Origin: an uncultured cyanobacterium
GTDB taxonomy: Bacteria > Cyanobacteriota > Cyanobacteriia > PCC-9006 > JAAUQQ01
Length of the DNA: 64,000 nucleotides
NCBI GenBank assembly: GCA_963718615.1
Contig: OY970368.1
Span: 3,776,001 to 3,840,000 of the forward strand
Reading direction: 5' to 3'
Both the position numbers and the translations under genes were made by a program. This document shows positions 1-9,708 of the stretch, piece by piece. The stretch's first letter is position 1, and each line of letters opens with the position of its first letter. The notes below the pieces were generated by a model. That model did not search any database. It was not told where the DNA came from and was given only the letters and a program-made list of their open reading frames with translations.

Positions 1-475
1 AGACATAGCTGGGGGAGTGGTAGGGATAGAAATAGGTGCCCCCATATACCGGACGATAGCCTGAGCTAGAGCCGGTCGTTACCGATTCGCACTGCACGCC
101 TTCGGCACGGCAATCTTGTTCTGTGCCATAGACAGGGGCTGTGCGTTCGTGCTCCTGCTGGGCTGCTAGCATTTGCGGGGCGCAGTCCTCAGCCTTCATG
201 GTCGGCGGCGTGGGGGATTGCTTGAGGTCGCCTTTTTTCTGCGCTGCTAAGAGAACCTGATATTCTGCCTGTTGTTTTTTGACATCGGCTTCGCATTGCG
301 GGGTGTTTTCGTAAAAGACGGCATCAACTTTTTCGTTGGCGCTTGGGCTGGGGCTGGAACCACAACTGGTTAACAGCAAGGCGGCGATCGCGGCGATGGC
401 GATCGTCTGCTGGACGCGTTGCCGCTGAATGATGCGGAGCTCCAGGTCTTGCATGGGGGGTCTAGGCTGAGTCAT
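1..475 (-). CDS. Putative lipoprotein, DUF1190-like (3' end outside window)
   Basis: Hand translation from ATG 475: MTQPRPPMQDLE...IAIAAIAALLLTSC (lipobox), then spaced Cys residues (QCEAD, EDC, QDC, QCE) and a 'APVY..EQDC' motif; frame open to window edge. Confidence 0.6.
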   Translation of the reverse strand, partial: MTQPRPPMQDLELRIIQRQRVQQTIAIAAIAALLLTSCGSSPSPSANEKVDAVFYENTPQCEADVKKQQAEYQVLLAAQKKGDLKQSPTPPTMKAEDCAPQMLAAQQEHERTAPVYGTEQDCRAEGVQCESVTTGSSSGYRPVYGGTYFYPYHSPSYV

Positions 476-687
476 TCCGGGGAGCAAGAAAGCAGTACAT
501 GCTGGTTTATCATTCCCACTCTAGTGAAATTACGCGACTGTGGTAGTAGTGAGCTAAAAATTTAACTCAGTGGGCTAAAAATTTAACCAGAAGAAATTTG
601 GGAAAGAAAGTCGGGAGGGACTGAAAGGGTGGTCTAGAATTAGCTTGGGATTTCTCCTTCCTCGCTCTCCATTACCGCCCCACGCCC

Positions 688-1908
688 ATGTCTCGTCCCT
701 CTCTTAGCCTATGCATGATCATCAAAAATGAGGCCGAAGCGCTGCCCCGTTGTCTAGCCAGCGTTCAGGACCAAGTGGATGAGATGATTGTGCTCGATAC
801 CGGCTCAACGGATGAGAGTGGGGCGATCGCCCGTTCCTTTGGAGCTCAGGTCTTTTCCTATACCTGGGCAGATGATTTTTCTGCGGCCCGCAACGTCAGC
901 CTCAGCTACGCCCAGGGGGACTGGATTTTGGTTTTGGATGCCGATGAGATTCTGGTGCCCGAGGCCCTAGAAGCCCTGCGATCGCAATTGAGTCGGCCCG
1001 ATCTGTTGGTGATCAATCTGCTCCGCCAGGAAGTCGGCGCAGCCCAATCGCCCTACTCCTTAGTCTCCCGACTGTTCCGCCGTCATCCCGCCATCCAATT
1101 CAGCCGTCCCTACCATGCCCTGATCGACGATAGCGTTTTGGCGTTACAACAGCAGGAACCCCATTGGCAAATCCTGACAGTTTCTGACATCGTGATTCGT
1201 CACGAAGGCTATCAACCAGGGGCGATCGCCGCTCGACAAAAATTTGAGCGAGCCCAGTTGGCCATGGAACAATACCTGGCTACTCACCCTGACGACACCT
1301 ATGATGCGGGGAAATTAGGCGCACTTTACATCGAAATGGGCCATTGGCAACAGGGCATTGCGCTCCTAGAGCGGGGACTGGCCCAAGCCCAACAAATGCC
1401 TTGTCATACCGACCCCCACAACCGTTACGAGTTGCATTATCATCTGGCCCTCGCCCAAAGCCGCCTCGGCCAAACCGACGCTGCCGCCGACCATTATCAA
1501 CAGGCCCTTGAACAGCCCCTTTTGCCTATCCTCAAACTCGGGGCTTACAACAATCTGGCTCGTTTACTTCAAGCAGAGGGCTTTGGTGTCGCCGCCCTTG
1601 AGCTGTATGAAACCGCGATCGCCATCGATCCCCAGTTTGCCACCGGCTACTACAACCTCGGCATGCTCAAACGCCAACAGGGAGATTTGGCTGGGGCGAT
1701 CGCCGCCTACGAAACCGCCCTGCACCTCAACCCGGATAAGCCCGAAATCCATCAAAATCTGGGCGTTGCGCTGCTCCAGGCGGGGCTGATTGAGCGCAGC
1801 CATCAAGCCTTTGACCGGGCGATCGCCCTCTACGCCCACCAGTCCCCCGCCCAAGGCCAACAGCTCCAACAGCAGCTACTAAAATTGGGCTTTATCCCAA
1901 GTCCCTAG
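688..1908 (+). CDS. Family 2 glycosyltransferase with C-terminal TPR repeats
   Basis: LSLCMIIKNE, DTGSTD, DFSAARN, LDADE motifs; TPR consensus (AYNNLA, GYYNLG, IHQNLG). Confidence 0.9.
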   Translation: MSRPSLSLCMIIKNEAEALPRCLASVQDQVDEMIVLDTGSTDESGAIARSFGAQVFSYTWADDFSAARNVSLSYAQGDWILVLDADEILVPEALEALRSQLSRPDLLVINLLRQEVGAAQSPYSLVSRLFRRHPAIQFSRPYHALIDDSVLALQQQEPHWQILTVSDIVIRHEGYQPGAIAARQKFERAQLAMEQYLATHPDDTYDAGKLGALYIEMGHWQQGIALLERGLAQAQQMPCHTDPHNRYELHYHLALAQSRLGQTDAAADHYQQALEQPLLPILKLGAYNNLARLLQAEGFGVAALELYETAIAIDPQFATGYYNLGMLKRQQGDLAGAIAAYETALHLNPDKPEIHQNLGVALLQAGLIERSHQAFDRAIALYAHQSPAQGQQLQQQLLKLGFIPSP

Positions 1909-4116
1909 GGGGTAATGGGTATGCTCCGCGAGCAAGGCCTCCGCTGCCTCCCGATTCAGCGGTTTGGCAAAGAAATATCCCTGAGCCGCCTCGCATTCCA
2001 TAGCGCGCAGCTGCGCCAATTGATGGGGCAACTCGACGCCCTCCGCAATCGTATCCATGCCCAAGTGATGGGCGAGGGTAATCACAGTTTGAGCAATTTC
2101 TCGCTGCTCCCCTGCAACCTGAATACGTTTGACAAAGGCTCGGTCAATCTTAAGGTGATCAATGGGGAACCGATGTAGGTAGCTCAAGGATGAATAGCCC
2201 GTGCCAAAATCATCGATACAAAGCTCAATACCTCGGGTTTTAAGCTGCTGAAGCACCTCAACAATGGCATCGCTATTGTCCATACAAATACTTTCGGTCA
2301 GTTCTAGCTGAAGCCCTTTGCCATTCCAGCCAGCCTGCATCAAAATGTCATCCAAGCGCAGCAGAAAATTAGGATCCTTCAACTGGGGCGTCGAAATGTT
2401 CACACTCATCTTTAAGTTTTGAGCAATCTCAAACTGCTCTCGCCACTGGATCAATTGTTCGTAGGCCGTTTTGAGCACCCATTCTCCCATGGGAATAATC
2501 AGACCTGTTTCCTCTGCAATGGGAATGAACTCAACCGGTGAAACAATGCCTCGATGAGGGTTAAACCAGCGCAGTAATGCTTCAAATCCTTGAATTCGGC
2601 CTGTACTGAGTGAAACAATCGGTTGATAATAAAGCTGAAATTCATCCCGCTCTAGGGCCTGATGCAATTCGCTTTCTAACTGAAGTTGCCCAGAGACACG
2701 GGTAAACATTCCCGGTTCAAAGAGCTCATAGGTCTTTTTCTCCTTCGCCTTGTTCGACTTCGCCGAATACATGGCGATATCTGCGTCACGCAGCAGATCT
2801 GCCCCTTTTTCATACCCAGTATGGCCCAGGGCAATGCCAATACTGGCGGTAATAAAGAGAGAATGCTCACCCAATTCAAAGGGAACTTTCAAGACTGACT
2901 CAATGCGATCAGCAACATGAATCGCCACATTCTGTGAGCCAATACCATTGAGCAAAACTACAAATTCGTCACCGCCTAATCGAGCGATCATATCCGAATC
3001 CCGAATCACGGTTTCTAGGCGACGGGCGATCGCCACCAAGAGCTGATCTCCTACCTGGTGACCCAAGCTATCATTGACCAATTTGAAGCGATTCAAATCG
3101 AGAAAGAGAACTGCAAACTTATGGAAGGGATTTTGGCGTGCCTTGGCCAAGGTAATATCCAATTGCTGCGTCAACATGGCCCGATTGGGCAGTTGGGTCA
3201 GGGCATCATGGCAGGCATTATGGCGTAACTCAGCTTCAACCGTTTTGCGCTGGGTCAAATCCATAAACTGACAGAGCAAATAGGTGGGGGAGTGAGCCCC
3301 TCCCCGCAACACCACTGCATGCAAGACGCCGTGGATATGCTTTCCAGCTCTCGTTTGACAAGCAACCTCCTGATGAAAATAATTTTTTTCACCCTTTACA
3401 GCAGCTTCATAGTGCCGTTCTAAAACCGGCCAATCTGCCTCGCGGACTAAATGACGCCAATGGTGGCCACACAACGCGCCTCCAGAATAATTGAGCAGTT
3501 GGGCTAGGGCAAAATTGCCTTCGACCCATTGCCCCGAACCATCCGTTACCACCATCCCAATAGGAGCCTGTTCAAACATTAACCGAAACTGAGATTCACT
3601 TTCCCGTAGGGCAATTTCTGTGCGTTTGCGTTCTTCGACCTCTGCCAGGAGCTGTTGGTTTAAAGCTTCAAGCTCCGCTGTGCGTTCCTGCACCCGCCGT
3701 TCTAATTCTCGATTGAGCTGATCCCGTTCGGCTTGAGCTTCCCGCAGGGCTAGGTGATTTTTAACCCGCGCCAGGGTTTCCTGGGTATCAAAGGGCTTGG
3801 TGATATAGTCTACTGCACCAACGGAAAACCCTTGAATTTTATTGACCGATTCGGCAAGGGCCGACATAAAGATAACCGGAACGTCACGAAATTCAGGCCG
3901 TCGCTTTAGCTGCTGACAGGTTGCAAACCCATCTAAGCCCGGCATATTGATATCTAATAGGATTAAATCTGGAACAATCAGCTCCAACGTTTCCAGCGCC
4001 ATGTCTCCGCTTTCTGCGATCGCAACCTGAAACCCTGTTTCACTTAATAAGTCAAAAAGGAGGTGAAGATTAGAAGGGTTGTCATCAACGACAAGGATAG
4101 TTTTTGGTGCACTCAT
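1879..4116 (-). CDS. REC-PAS-GGDEF-EAL c-di-GMP turnover protein
   Basis: ILVVDD/DLILLDINMP receiver, PAS, RDSD-x5-GGDEF (I-site plus A-site), EALLRW, DDFGTGYSS. Confidence 0.93.
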   Translation of the reverse strand: MSAPKTILVVDDNPSNLHLLFDLLSETGFQVAIAESGDMALETLELIVPDLILLDINMPGLDGFATCQQLKRRPEFRDVPVIFMSALAESVNKIQGFSVGAVDYITKPFDTQETLARVKNHLALREAQAERDQLNRELERRVQERTAELEALNQQLLAEVEERKRTEIALRESESQFRLMFEQAPIGMVVTDGSGQWVEGNFALAQLLNYSGGALCGHHWRHLVREADWPVLERHYEAAVKGEKNYFHQEVACQTRAGKHIHGVLHAVVLRGGAHSPTYLLCQFMDLTQRKTVEAELRHNACHDALTQLPNRAMLTQQLDITLAKARQNPFHKFAVLFLDLNRFKLVNDSLGHQVGDQLLVAIARRLETVIRDSDMIARLGGDEFVVLLNGIGSQNVAIHVADRIESVLKVPFELGEHSLFITASIGIALGHTGYEKGADLLRDADIAMYSAKSNKAKEKKTYELFEPGMFTRVSGQLQLESELHQALERDEFQLYYQPIVSLSTGRIQGFEALLRWFNPHRGIVSPVEFIPIAEETGLIIPMGEWVLKTAYEQLIQWREQFEIAQNLKMSVNISTPQLKDPNFLLRLDDILMQAGWNGKGLQLELTESICMDNSDAIVEVLQQLKTRGIELCIDDFGTGYSSLSYLHRFPIDHLKIDRAFVKRIQVAGEQREIAQTVITLAHHLGMDTIAEGVELPHQLAQLRAMECEAAQGYFFAKPLNREAAEALLAEHTHYPLGTWDKAQF

Positions 4117-4584
4117 AGAGGCCAGAAGCTACGCAGTAAAGTGCTAAATGGCGCACTTAGATAACAGCAAGAGACTGTTTTGGCCAGCGACTGTTGAGAT
4201 CACTGTTGAGATCTAAGTATTCATCGAACAATGCAATCATCCCGAGCCAGGCCCGCATTCTGGAGAAAGAAAGAACCTAGAAGCAAATCGTTTGGAACTC
4301 TCTGCAAACGCCAAGAATTCGTTGGGATTGCAGGCAAAGCAAACGCTTGCCGTTCTGGACTCACTGCTAGGTTCGCCGTCATCCTGATTGCGAAGGCGAA
4401 CAGGCTATTTTCAGTTAGCTTGCATCGCGCTTGGTTCTATTATGATGAGCGATCGCGCTGCTTACCTCCCGAGCAATGAGGAATTCAAAGGCCCGGTCTA
4501 TCTGTAAATTTCCGCTTACAACTCCCCTCAATCTCCGAGAATCCCGCAAAACTAACCGAAGAACTCTGCTCAGGGAGGAAGTCA

Positions 4585-5376
4585 ATGTCGATCGTACCCC
4601 AGGATCAAACTGGTACTCAAGCTGGTACTCAAACCGATGATCAGCCCAGCCAGGGCAAAGTCTATCTCCTGGGAGCAGGTCCAGGGGCGGTGGACTATCT
4701 GACGCAGCAGGGATTGGCCTGTCTAGAGCGTTGCGAGGTTTTGGTTTACGATGCCCTCAGTGATGAACGGTTGCGATCGCTGCTCCCATCCCCTTGCAGC
4801 CTGATCGATGTGGGCAAACGGGGGGGGCAAACCAGTACGCCCCAAGCGGAAATCAATCGCTGCTTGATTGACCATTGTCAAGCGGGTCGGCAGGTGGTTC
4901 GACTCAAGAGCGGTGACCCATTTATTTTTGGGCGGGCGGCGGCTGAAATCCAGGCGCTCAAAGCAGCGGGCTGTAGGTTTGAGGTGATTCCAGGGCTTTC
5001 TTCGGCGCTAGTCGCCCCGCTTTTGGCGGGAATTCCCCTGACGGATCCGGTGATGAGTGCGGGGTTTGGGGTGTTCACGGCCCATGATCTGGATGCCCTC
5101 AATTGGGAAGCGCTGGCCCAGTTACCGACCCTAGTCTTGCTCATGGGCGCAAGGCATTTGGGAGAAATCGTGCAGCGGCTGCGCCGTCAGGGGCGATCGC
5201 CCTATACTCCCATCGCCCTCATCCGCTGGGCCAGTCAGCCGGAGCAGGAAATCTGGACCGGAACCCTGAGTGATATTGAGGCGCGGGTCCAGGGGCGATC
5301 GCTCTCTCCCTGTGTCATGGTGATTGGCGAAGTGGTGGGTCTACGGGAGTTTTTGCGACCCAATCCGGTAGGCTGA
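4585..5376 (+). CDS. cobA: Uroporphyrinogen-III C-methyltransferase
   Basis: VYLLGAGPG, YDAL, VGKRGG, RLKSGDPFIFGR motifs. Confidence 0.93.
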   Translation: MSIVPQDQTGTQAGTQTDDQPSQGKVYLLGAGPGAVDYLTQQGLACLERCEVLVYDALSDERLRSLLPSPCSLIDVGKRGGQTSTPQAEINRCLIDHCQAGRQVVRLKSGDPFIFGRAAAEIQALKAAGCRFEVIPGLSSALVAPLLAGIPLTDPVMSAGFGVFTAHDLDALNWEALAQLPTLVLLMGARHLGEIVQRLRRQGRSPYTPIALIRWASQPEQEIWTGTLSDIEARVQGRSLSPCVMVIGEVVGLREFLRPNPVG

Positions 5377-5400
5377 AGGTCTGATTTTCCCCGACTGCCC

Positions 5401-6204
5401 ATGCTGCCCCTTGCCCATCGAACCCTGCTGATCACCCGCGCGGCCAGCCAAGTCAGTAGCTTTAGCGATTTGCTCCAGGCTCAAGGGGCAGAGGTGATTG
5501 AGATGCCAACGCTGGAAATTGGTCCCCCGTCTAGCTGGGCTGCTTTGGATGGGGCGATCGCCCGTCTAGCGGAGTTTGACTGGTTGATCCTGACCTCAGC
5601 CAATGGGGTGGAGTTCTTTTTTGAACGGCTTCAGACCCACCTCAGCCGATTGGCTGAGGGCAGTCCTGCAAATCTACGGGGACTCAAACTGGCAGTGGTC
5701 GGTAAAAAAACGGCGGCAGTCCTGCGCCAATACGGCTACCGTCCTGACTTTGTCCCCCCGGATTTCGTCGCAGATTCCCTAGTGGAGCATTTCCCAGACC
5801 CGTTGTCCGGTTTGAACCTGCTGTTTCCTCGGGTGGAAAGTGGTGGTCGCGATCTCTTAGTGAACGCCTTTCGCACCGCAGGCGCAAGGGTTGAGGAGGT
5901 TGCGGCCTATGAGTCGGGCTGTCCTCAGGTTGCAGATGCAGCGGCATTAGCCGCGTTGCAGTCAGGCTCCGTTGCGGCGATTACGTTTGCCAGTTCTAAA
6001 ACCGTTCGCCATTTTGTGCAGTTGCTTCAGGGAGGCTGGGGTGAGGCTTGGTTGAATGCCTTGACAGGGGTGGCGATCGCCTCCATTGGTCCCCAAACCT
6101 CAACAGAGTGCCGCCAGCAGTTTGGCCGGGTGGACATTGAAGCGACTGAATATACGCTGGAGGGATTGACAGCAGCGATTGTGGATTATTTTGCTAGCGT
6201 TTAG
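5401..6204 (+). CDS. hemD: Uroporphyrinogen-III synthase
   Basis: LITRA, LTSANGV, VGKKTA, FASSKTV, IGPQT motifs; same frame as cobA. Confidence 0.92.
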   Translation: MLPLAHRTLLITRAASQVSSFSDLLQAQGAEVIEMPTLEIGPPSSWAALDGAIARLAEFDWLILTSANGVEFFFERLQTHLSRLAEGSPANLRGLKLAVVGKKTAAVLRQYGYRPDFVPPDFVADSLVEHFPDPLSGLNLLFPRVESGGRDLLVNAFRTAGARVEEVAAYESGCPQVADAAALAALQSGSVAAITFASSKTVRHFVQLLQGGWGEAWLNALTGVAIASIGPQTSTECRQQFGRVDIEATEYTLEGLTAAIVDYFASV

Positions 6205-6235
6205 ACTAGAAACAGCCTATACCCGGAACAAGACC

Positions 6236-6484
6236 ATGCATCAAATTCATTGCAAGGTTGAAGCTATTTGGGATGTAGAAGCTCAGGTCTGGATTGCAAC
6301 AAGCCCTGATATTCCAGGACTTGCCACCGAAGCAGATACGCTTGAAACATTGGCACAGAAGCTACGGAATATAGTCCCAGAGTTACTTCAGCTCAATCAA
6401 ATCTTGCCAGAACATTCGGTGGGTACAGTTGCGATTGAGCTCATTAGCCATAGACAAGAGCTAATTGAACTCAGTGCAGCCTAA
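6236..6484 (+). CDS. DUF1902 / HicB-like antitoxin
   Basis: WDVEAQVWIATSPDIPGLATEADTLE motif; directly upstream of hicA; start moved to ATG 6236. Confidence 0.82.
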   Translation: MHQIHCKVEAIWDVEAQVWIATSPDIPGLATEADTLETLAQKLRNIVPELLQLNQILPEHSVGTVAIELISHRQELIELSAA

Positions 6485-6682
6485 ATGCCTCGCTCCTTCA
6501 CTCCGGAACTCAAGAAAATCCTTAAACAAGCAGGATGTACCTTTGATCGTAAGGGAAAGGGAGACCATGAGATTTGGTACAGTCCACTAACGAAACAGCG
6601 TTTTGTGGTTGACCAAGCGATTAAGTCACGACATACGGCCAATGCAGTCCTAAAACAAGCCGGTCTTCCCAAAGAATTTTAA
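6485..6682 (+). CDS. hicA: HicA-family mRNA interferase toxin
   Basis: 65-aa basic protein with KGKGDHEIW catalytic His motif and ANAVLKQAGL C-terminus. Confidence 0.88.
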   Translation: MPRSFTPELKKILKQAGCTFDRKGKGDHEIWYSPLTKQRFVVDQAIKSRHTANAVLKQAGLPKEF

Positions 6683-6798
6683 GCACCGCTCAGTCTCTCA
6701 GGGGTCGCCCAGGGACTTGTTGACAATTCCTCATCAACCCAGGCCTAGCACACCGCTATCTTAGAAACGGTGAAAAACTTGCAGGAGGCAATTGGCCG

Positions 6799-7500
6799 AT
6801 GGAAACCTTGCAGCAACCCCTAGCTCAGCAGCGAATTGGGATCACAGGCGGCATCGCCACCGGCAAAAGTACCGTCGCAAACTACCTAGCCACGGTCCAT
6901 CAACTGCCGATTCTTGATGCCGATCGCTACGCCCGCGAAGCCGTTCAGCCCCGCTCCCTCATCCTTGCCCGCATTGCCGAACGCTATGGCCCCGAGGTCA
7001 TTTTGCCCGGTAAACGCCTCAATCGGAAACGTCTGGGCGAGATTGTCTTTAACGACGCCGCTGAACGCCAATGGCTTGAATCCCAAATTCATCCCTACGT
7101 CGAACAATGCTTTACCGATACCGTCGCAGCACTGCCCGATGAACCCATTCTGATTCTGGTCGTTCCCCTGTTGTACGAAGCCCATCTCGAAGATCGCGTC
7201 ACCGAGATCTGGGTCGTGACTTGCCCCCCGGAACAACAGCTCGAACGGCTGATGCAGCGCGATGGTCTCAGCCGCGACCAGGCGGAAGCCCGAATGCAGG
7301 CCCAAATGCCTTTGTCGGAGAAATGCGATCGCGCCGACGTCGTTTTGCAGAACACCACCACCCCTGAAGCCCTCCATCAGCAGATCGAGCACCAGGTTCA
7401 ACGGCTACGCGCCATGTTGGGGATGACCCTGGCGATCGCCTCCAATCCCCCCCCCTCAACCGACCCCCTCACAAGAGGAACTCGCCCCAACCGTCCCTAG
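6799..7500 (+). CDS. coaE: Dephospho-CoA kinase
   Basis: IGITGGIATGKS P-loop, LDAD, IHPYV, VPLLYE. Confidence 0.93.
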   Translation: METLQQPLAQQRIGITGGIATGKSTVANYLATVHQLPILDADRYAREAVQPRSLILARIAERYGPEVILPGKRLNRKRLGEIVFNDAAERQWLESQIHPYVEQCFTDTVAALPDEPILILVVPLLYEAHLEDRVTEIWVVTCPPEQQLERLMQRDGLSRDQAEARMQAQMPLSEKCDRADVVLQNTTTPEALHQQIEHQVQRLRAMLGMTLAIASNPPPSTDPLTRGTRPNRP

Positions 7501-7642
7501 GTTTGGGAGAAATCCGATCCCCGAAAAGTGCAAGGAAATGGGGTAAATTGAGCCTCGATAGTGCTCTGACAGTTCTCTGACAGTTCTCTGTACGTCCAGG
7601 CTTCAATCCACCCCATTCATCCGCTTTATTCACGGGCAGACC

Positions 7643-8206
7643 ATGGCCACATCACTCCAGCAGCTCGCCATTTATCTCGATCACAAGGGATGGAAATACC
7701 GTCTCGATGAAACGGAATGCCGCATCTACACCGGCGTGAAGGGAGAAAATTTTGAGCATCTCTTGATCATCATTGAGCTGGAGGAAGAAGGAGAGTTCTT
7801 TTCGGTGTATGCCCCCCAGGTGCTCTCGGATATCCAGGACCATATCCACAAGTCCGCTATCCTGCAAACCATGCTGAGCATTTCCTGGGAGACCAAAATG
7901 CTCCAGTGGGAATATGACCCCTCTGATGGTGAAATTCGCGCCATTATCGAATTTCCCCTAGAAGATGCGGCCATGACCGAGCGACAGTTTAACCGCTGTC
8001 TCCATGGTCTCGTCCAGCTCATCGACGAAATTATTCCCCGGCTGCGCCACGTCATGGATACCGGCTTTGACTCCATCGACGAAGATGAAGGGGAACGGCT
8101 GCTGCTGGCGCTGCAAACCGAGGCCCCAGGGTTATTGTCGGTTTTAGAACGGGCGATGGAAGCACGGAAACGGCGAGGGCGGCAATATCTCGAAGGGGAC
8201 ATGTAA
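7643..8206 (+). CDS. Conserved cyanobacterial hypothetical protein (YbjN-like fold)
   Basis: SWETKMLQWEYDPSDGEIRAIIEFPLED motif; acidic 187-aa ORF. Confidence 0.65.
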   Translation: MATSLQQLAIYLDHKGWKYRLDETECRIYTGVKGENFEHLLIIIELEEEGEFFSVYAPQVLSDIQDHIHKSAILQTMLSISWETKMLQWEYDPSDGEIRAIIEFPLEDAAMTERQFNRCLHGLVQLIDEIIPRLRHVMDTGFDSIDEDEGERLLLALQTEAPGLLSVLERAMEARKRRGRQYLEGDM

Positions 8207-8296
8207 TTTCGTTCTAGGGGGTATGCGATGATGGGTCTAAGGATGGGCCAAGGGTTGGCCTAGGCAGACGTCTTATTACTCAGGACATCGAAAGCT

Positions 8297-9148
8297 GTGA
8301 GGAAGCTCCTATTTCGGTTGATCATTGGCGGAATTTTTGCGCTTTTTGGCCTCTTTAGCTATTACGGCAATACCAACGTTAATCCTGTGACTGGCGAGAA
8401 ACAGCGGGTCCAGCTCAGTCCTCAACAGGAGGTCGTTCTGGGTCTTCAAGCTCGCGAAGAGATGGCGGCCCAGCATGGTGGTTTGTACCCCGACGCGACA
8501 CTTCAGCGGTACGTGGATGAGGTGGGCAAACGGGTGGTCGAGCAGTCATCCGCCAAGGATGCGCCCTATCCCTTTGAATTTCATTTGCTGCGTGACCCGC
8601 AAACGATTAATGCCTTTGCACTTCCCGGTGGCCAGGTGTTTTTGACGGCGGCCCTGCTCAATCAATTGGACACAGAGGCCCAACTGGCCGGAGTCCTGGG
8701 CCACGAAGCCGGTCATGTCATCGGTCGCCACGGGGCCGAGCATATGGCCAAACAGCAGTTAGGGGTATCCCTGGTGAATGCGGTGGGCATTGCCACGAGT
8801 GATGAATATGGTAATGGTCGCAATGCAGCGGCGATCGCCCAAGCGGTCAACCAGTTGGTCAGTTTAAAGTATGGTCGGGAAGACGAACTGGAGAGCGATC
8901 GCCTCGGTCTGCAATTTCTCATCGAAGCAGGCTACGACCCGCGCGGCATTGTCGAACTGATGGAGATTCTCAATGCCAGTCGCAGCAGCGGTGCACCCCC
9001 AGAATTTTTGAGCACCCACCCCAACCCAGGCAACCGCTCGGAAACCTTAACAGCGCTGATTGCTCAGGTCTTTCCCGATGGCATTCCCGGCAATCTCGAA
9101 GATGGAGCCGCCCGGTTTAGCCAAATTGTCCGACCCCGCTTACGTTAG
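8297..9148 (+). CDS. M48 family zinc metallopeptidase
   Basis: N-terminal TM, INAFALPGG, HEAGH, ELESD, STHP. Confidence 0.9.
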   Translation: MRKLLFRLIIGGIFALFGLFSYYGNTNVNPVTGEKQRVQLSPQQEVVLGLQAREEMAAQHGGLYPDATLQRYVDEVGKRVVEQSSAKDAPYPFEFHLLRDPQTINAFALPGGQVFLTAALLNQLDTEAQLAGVLGHEAGHVIGRHGAEHMAKQQLGVSLVNAVGIATSDEYGNGRNAAAIAQAVNQLVSLKYGREDELESDRLGLQFLIEAGYDPRGIVELMEILNASRSSGAPPEFLSTHPNPGNRSETLTALIAQVFPDGIPGNLEDGAARFSQIVRPRLR

Positions 9149-9159
9149 GAGCCGCTGGC

Positions 9160-9708
9160 ATGAATTTGACGATTCTCTACTGGGTGTTAATTGCCGCGAT
9201 GCTAATCGGGGTAGCAGGGGCCGTTCTACCGGGGATTCCGGGGCCGAGCCTAATCTTGGTGGCCATTTTGGTCTGGTGTATTGTGACGAAATTTGCGATC
9301 GCCGGTTGGCCTCTGATCGTCATCTTTGTTGCCCTGATTCTCAGTGCCGGGGTGGAGTGGTTTGCCGCCTACTGGGGCGCTCGTCAAGTCGGGGCTAGCA
9401 AATGGGGCCAAATAGGTTCGATTGTTGGCATGACGCTAGGCTTCTTTGGCCTCCTGCCTGCGCTGCCCCTGGGTGGGCCGCTGCTGGGTATTTTGTTTGG
9501 TGCCGTTTTGGGCGCTTTTCTGGGAGAGTTTATCCACCGCCGAGATCTAGGTTTTGTAGAACGGCTCCAGCTTTCGCTCAAGGTGAGTGTGGCGATCGCC
9601 GTCGGGTCCCTGGTGGGCAATTTGCTGGAGGTAGCCCTGGCCCTGGTGGCAGTTGGTATTTTTATCTGGACCACTTGGCCTCCCTTGGGCTTTGGCGCTT
9701 TAGGCTAG
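9160..9708 (+). CDS. DUF456 family membrane protein
   Basis: PGIPG, GARQVGASKWG, GAFLGE; multiple TM segments. Confidence 0.85.
   Translation: MNLTILYWVLIAAMLIGVAGAVLPGIPGPSLILVAILVWCIVTKFAIAGWPLIVIFVALILSAGVEWFAAYWGARQVGASKWGQIGSIVGMTLGFFGLLPALPLGGPLLGILFGAVLGAFLGEFIHRRDLGFVERLQLSLKVSVAIAVGSLVGNLLEVALALVAVGIFIWTTWPPLGFGALG

Noticed and set aside
4230-4584. Possible cobalamin or c-di-GMP riboswitch between the GGDEF-EAL gene and cobA
   Set aside because: Only a GTTCGCC/GGCGAAC stem; no B12 box, GGGAA core or GEMM consensus found
5374-5430. Selenocysteine recoding of the cobA UGA
   Set aside because: No SECIS-like hairpin downstream, and the position is an interdomain linker rather than a Cys-equivalent site
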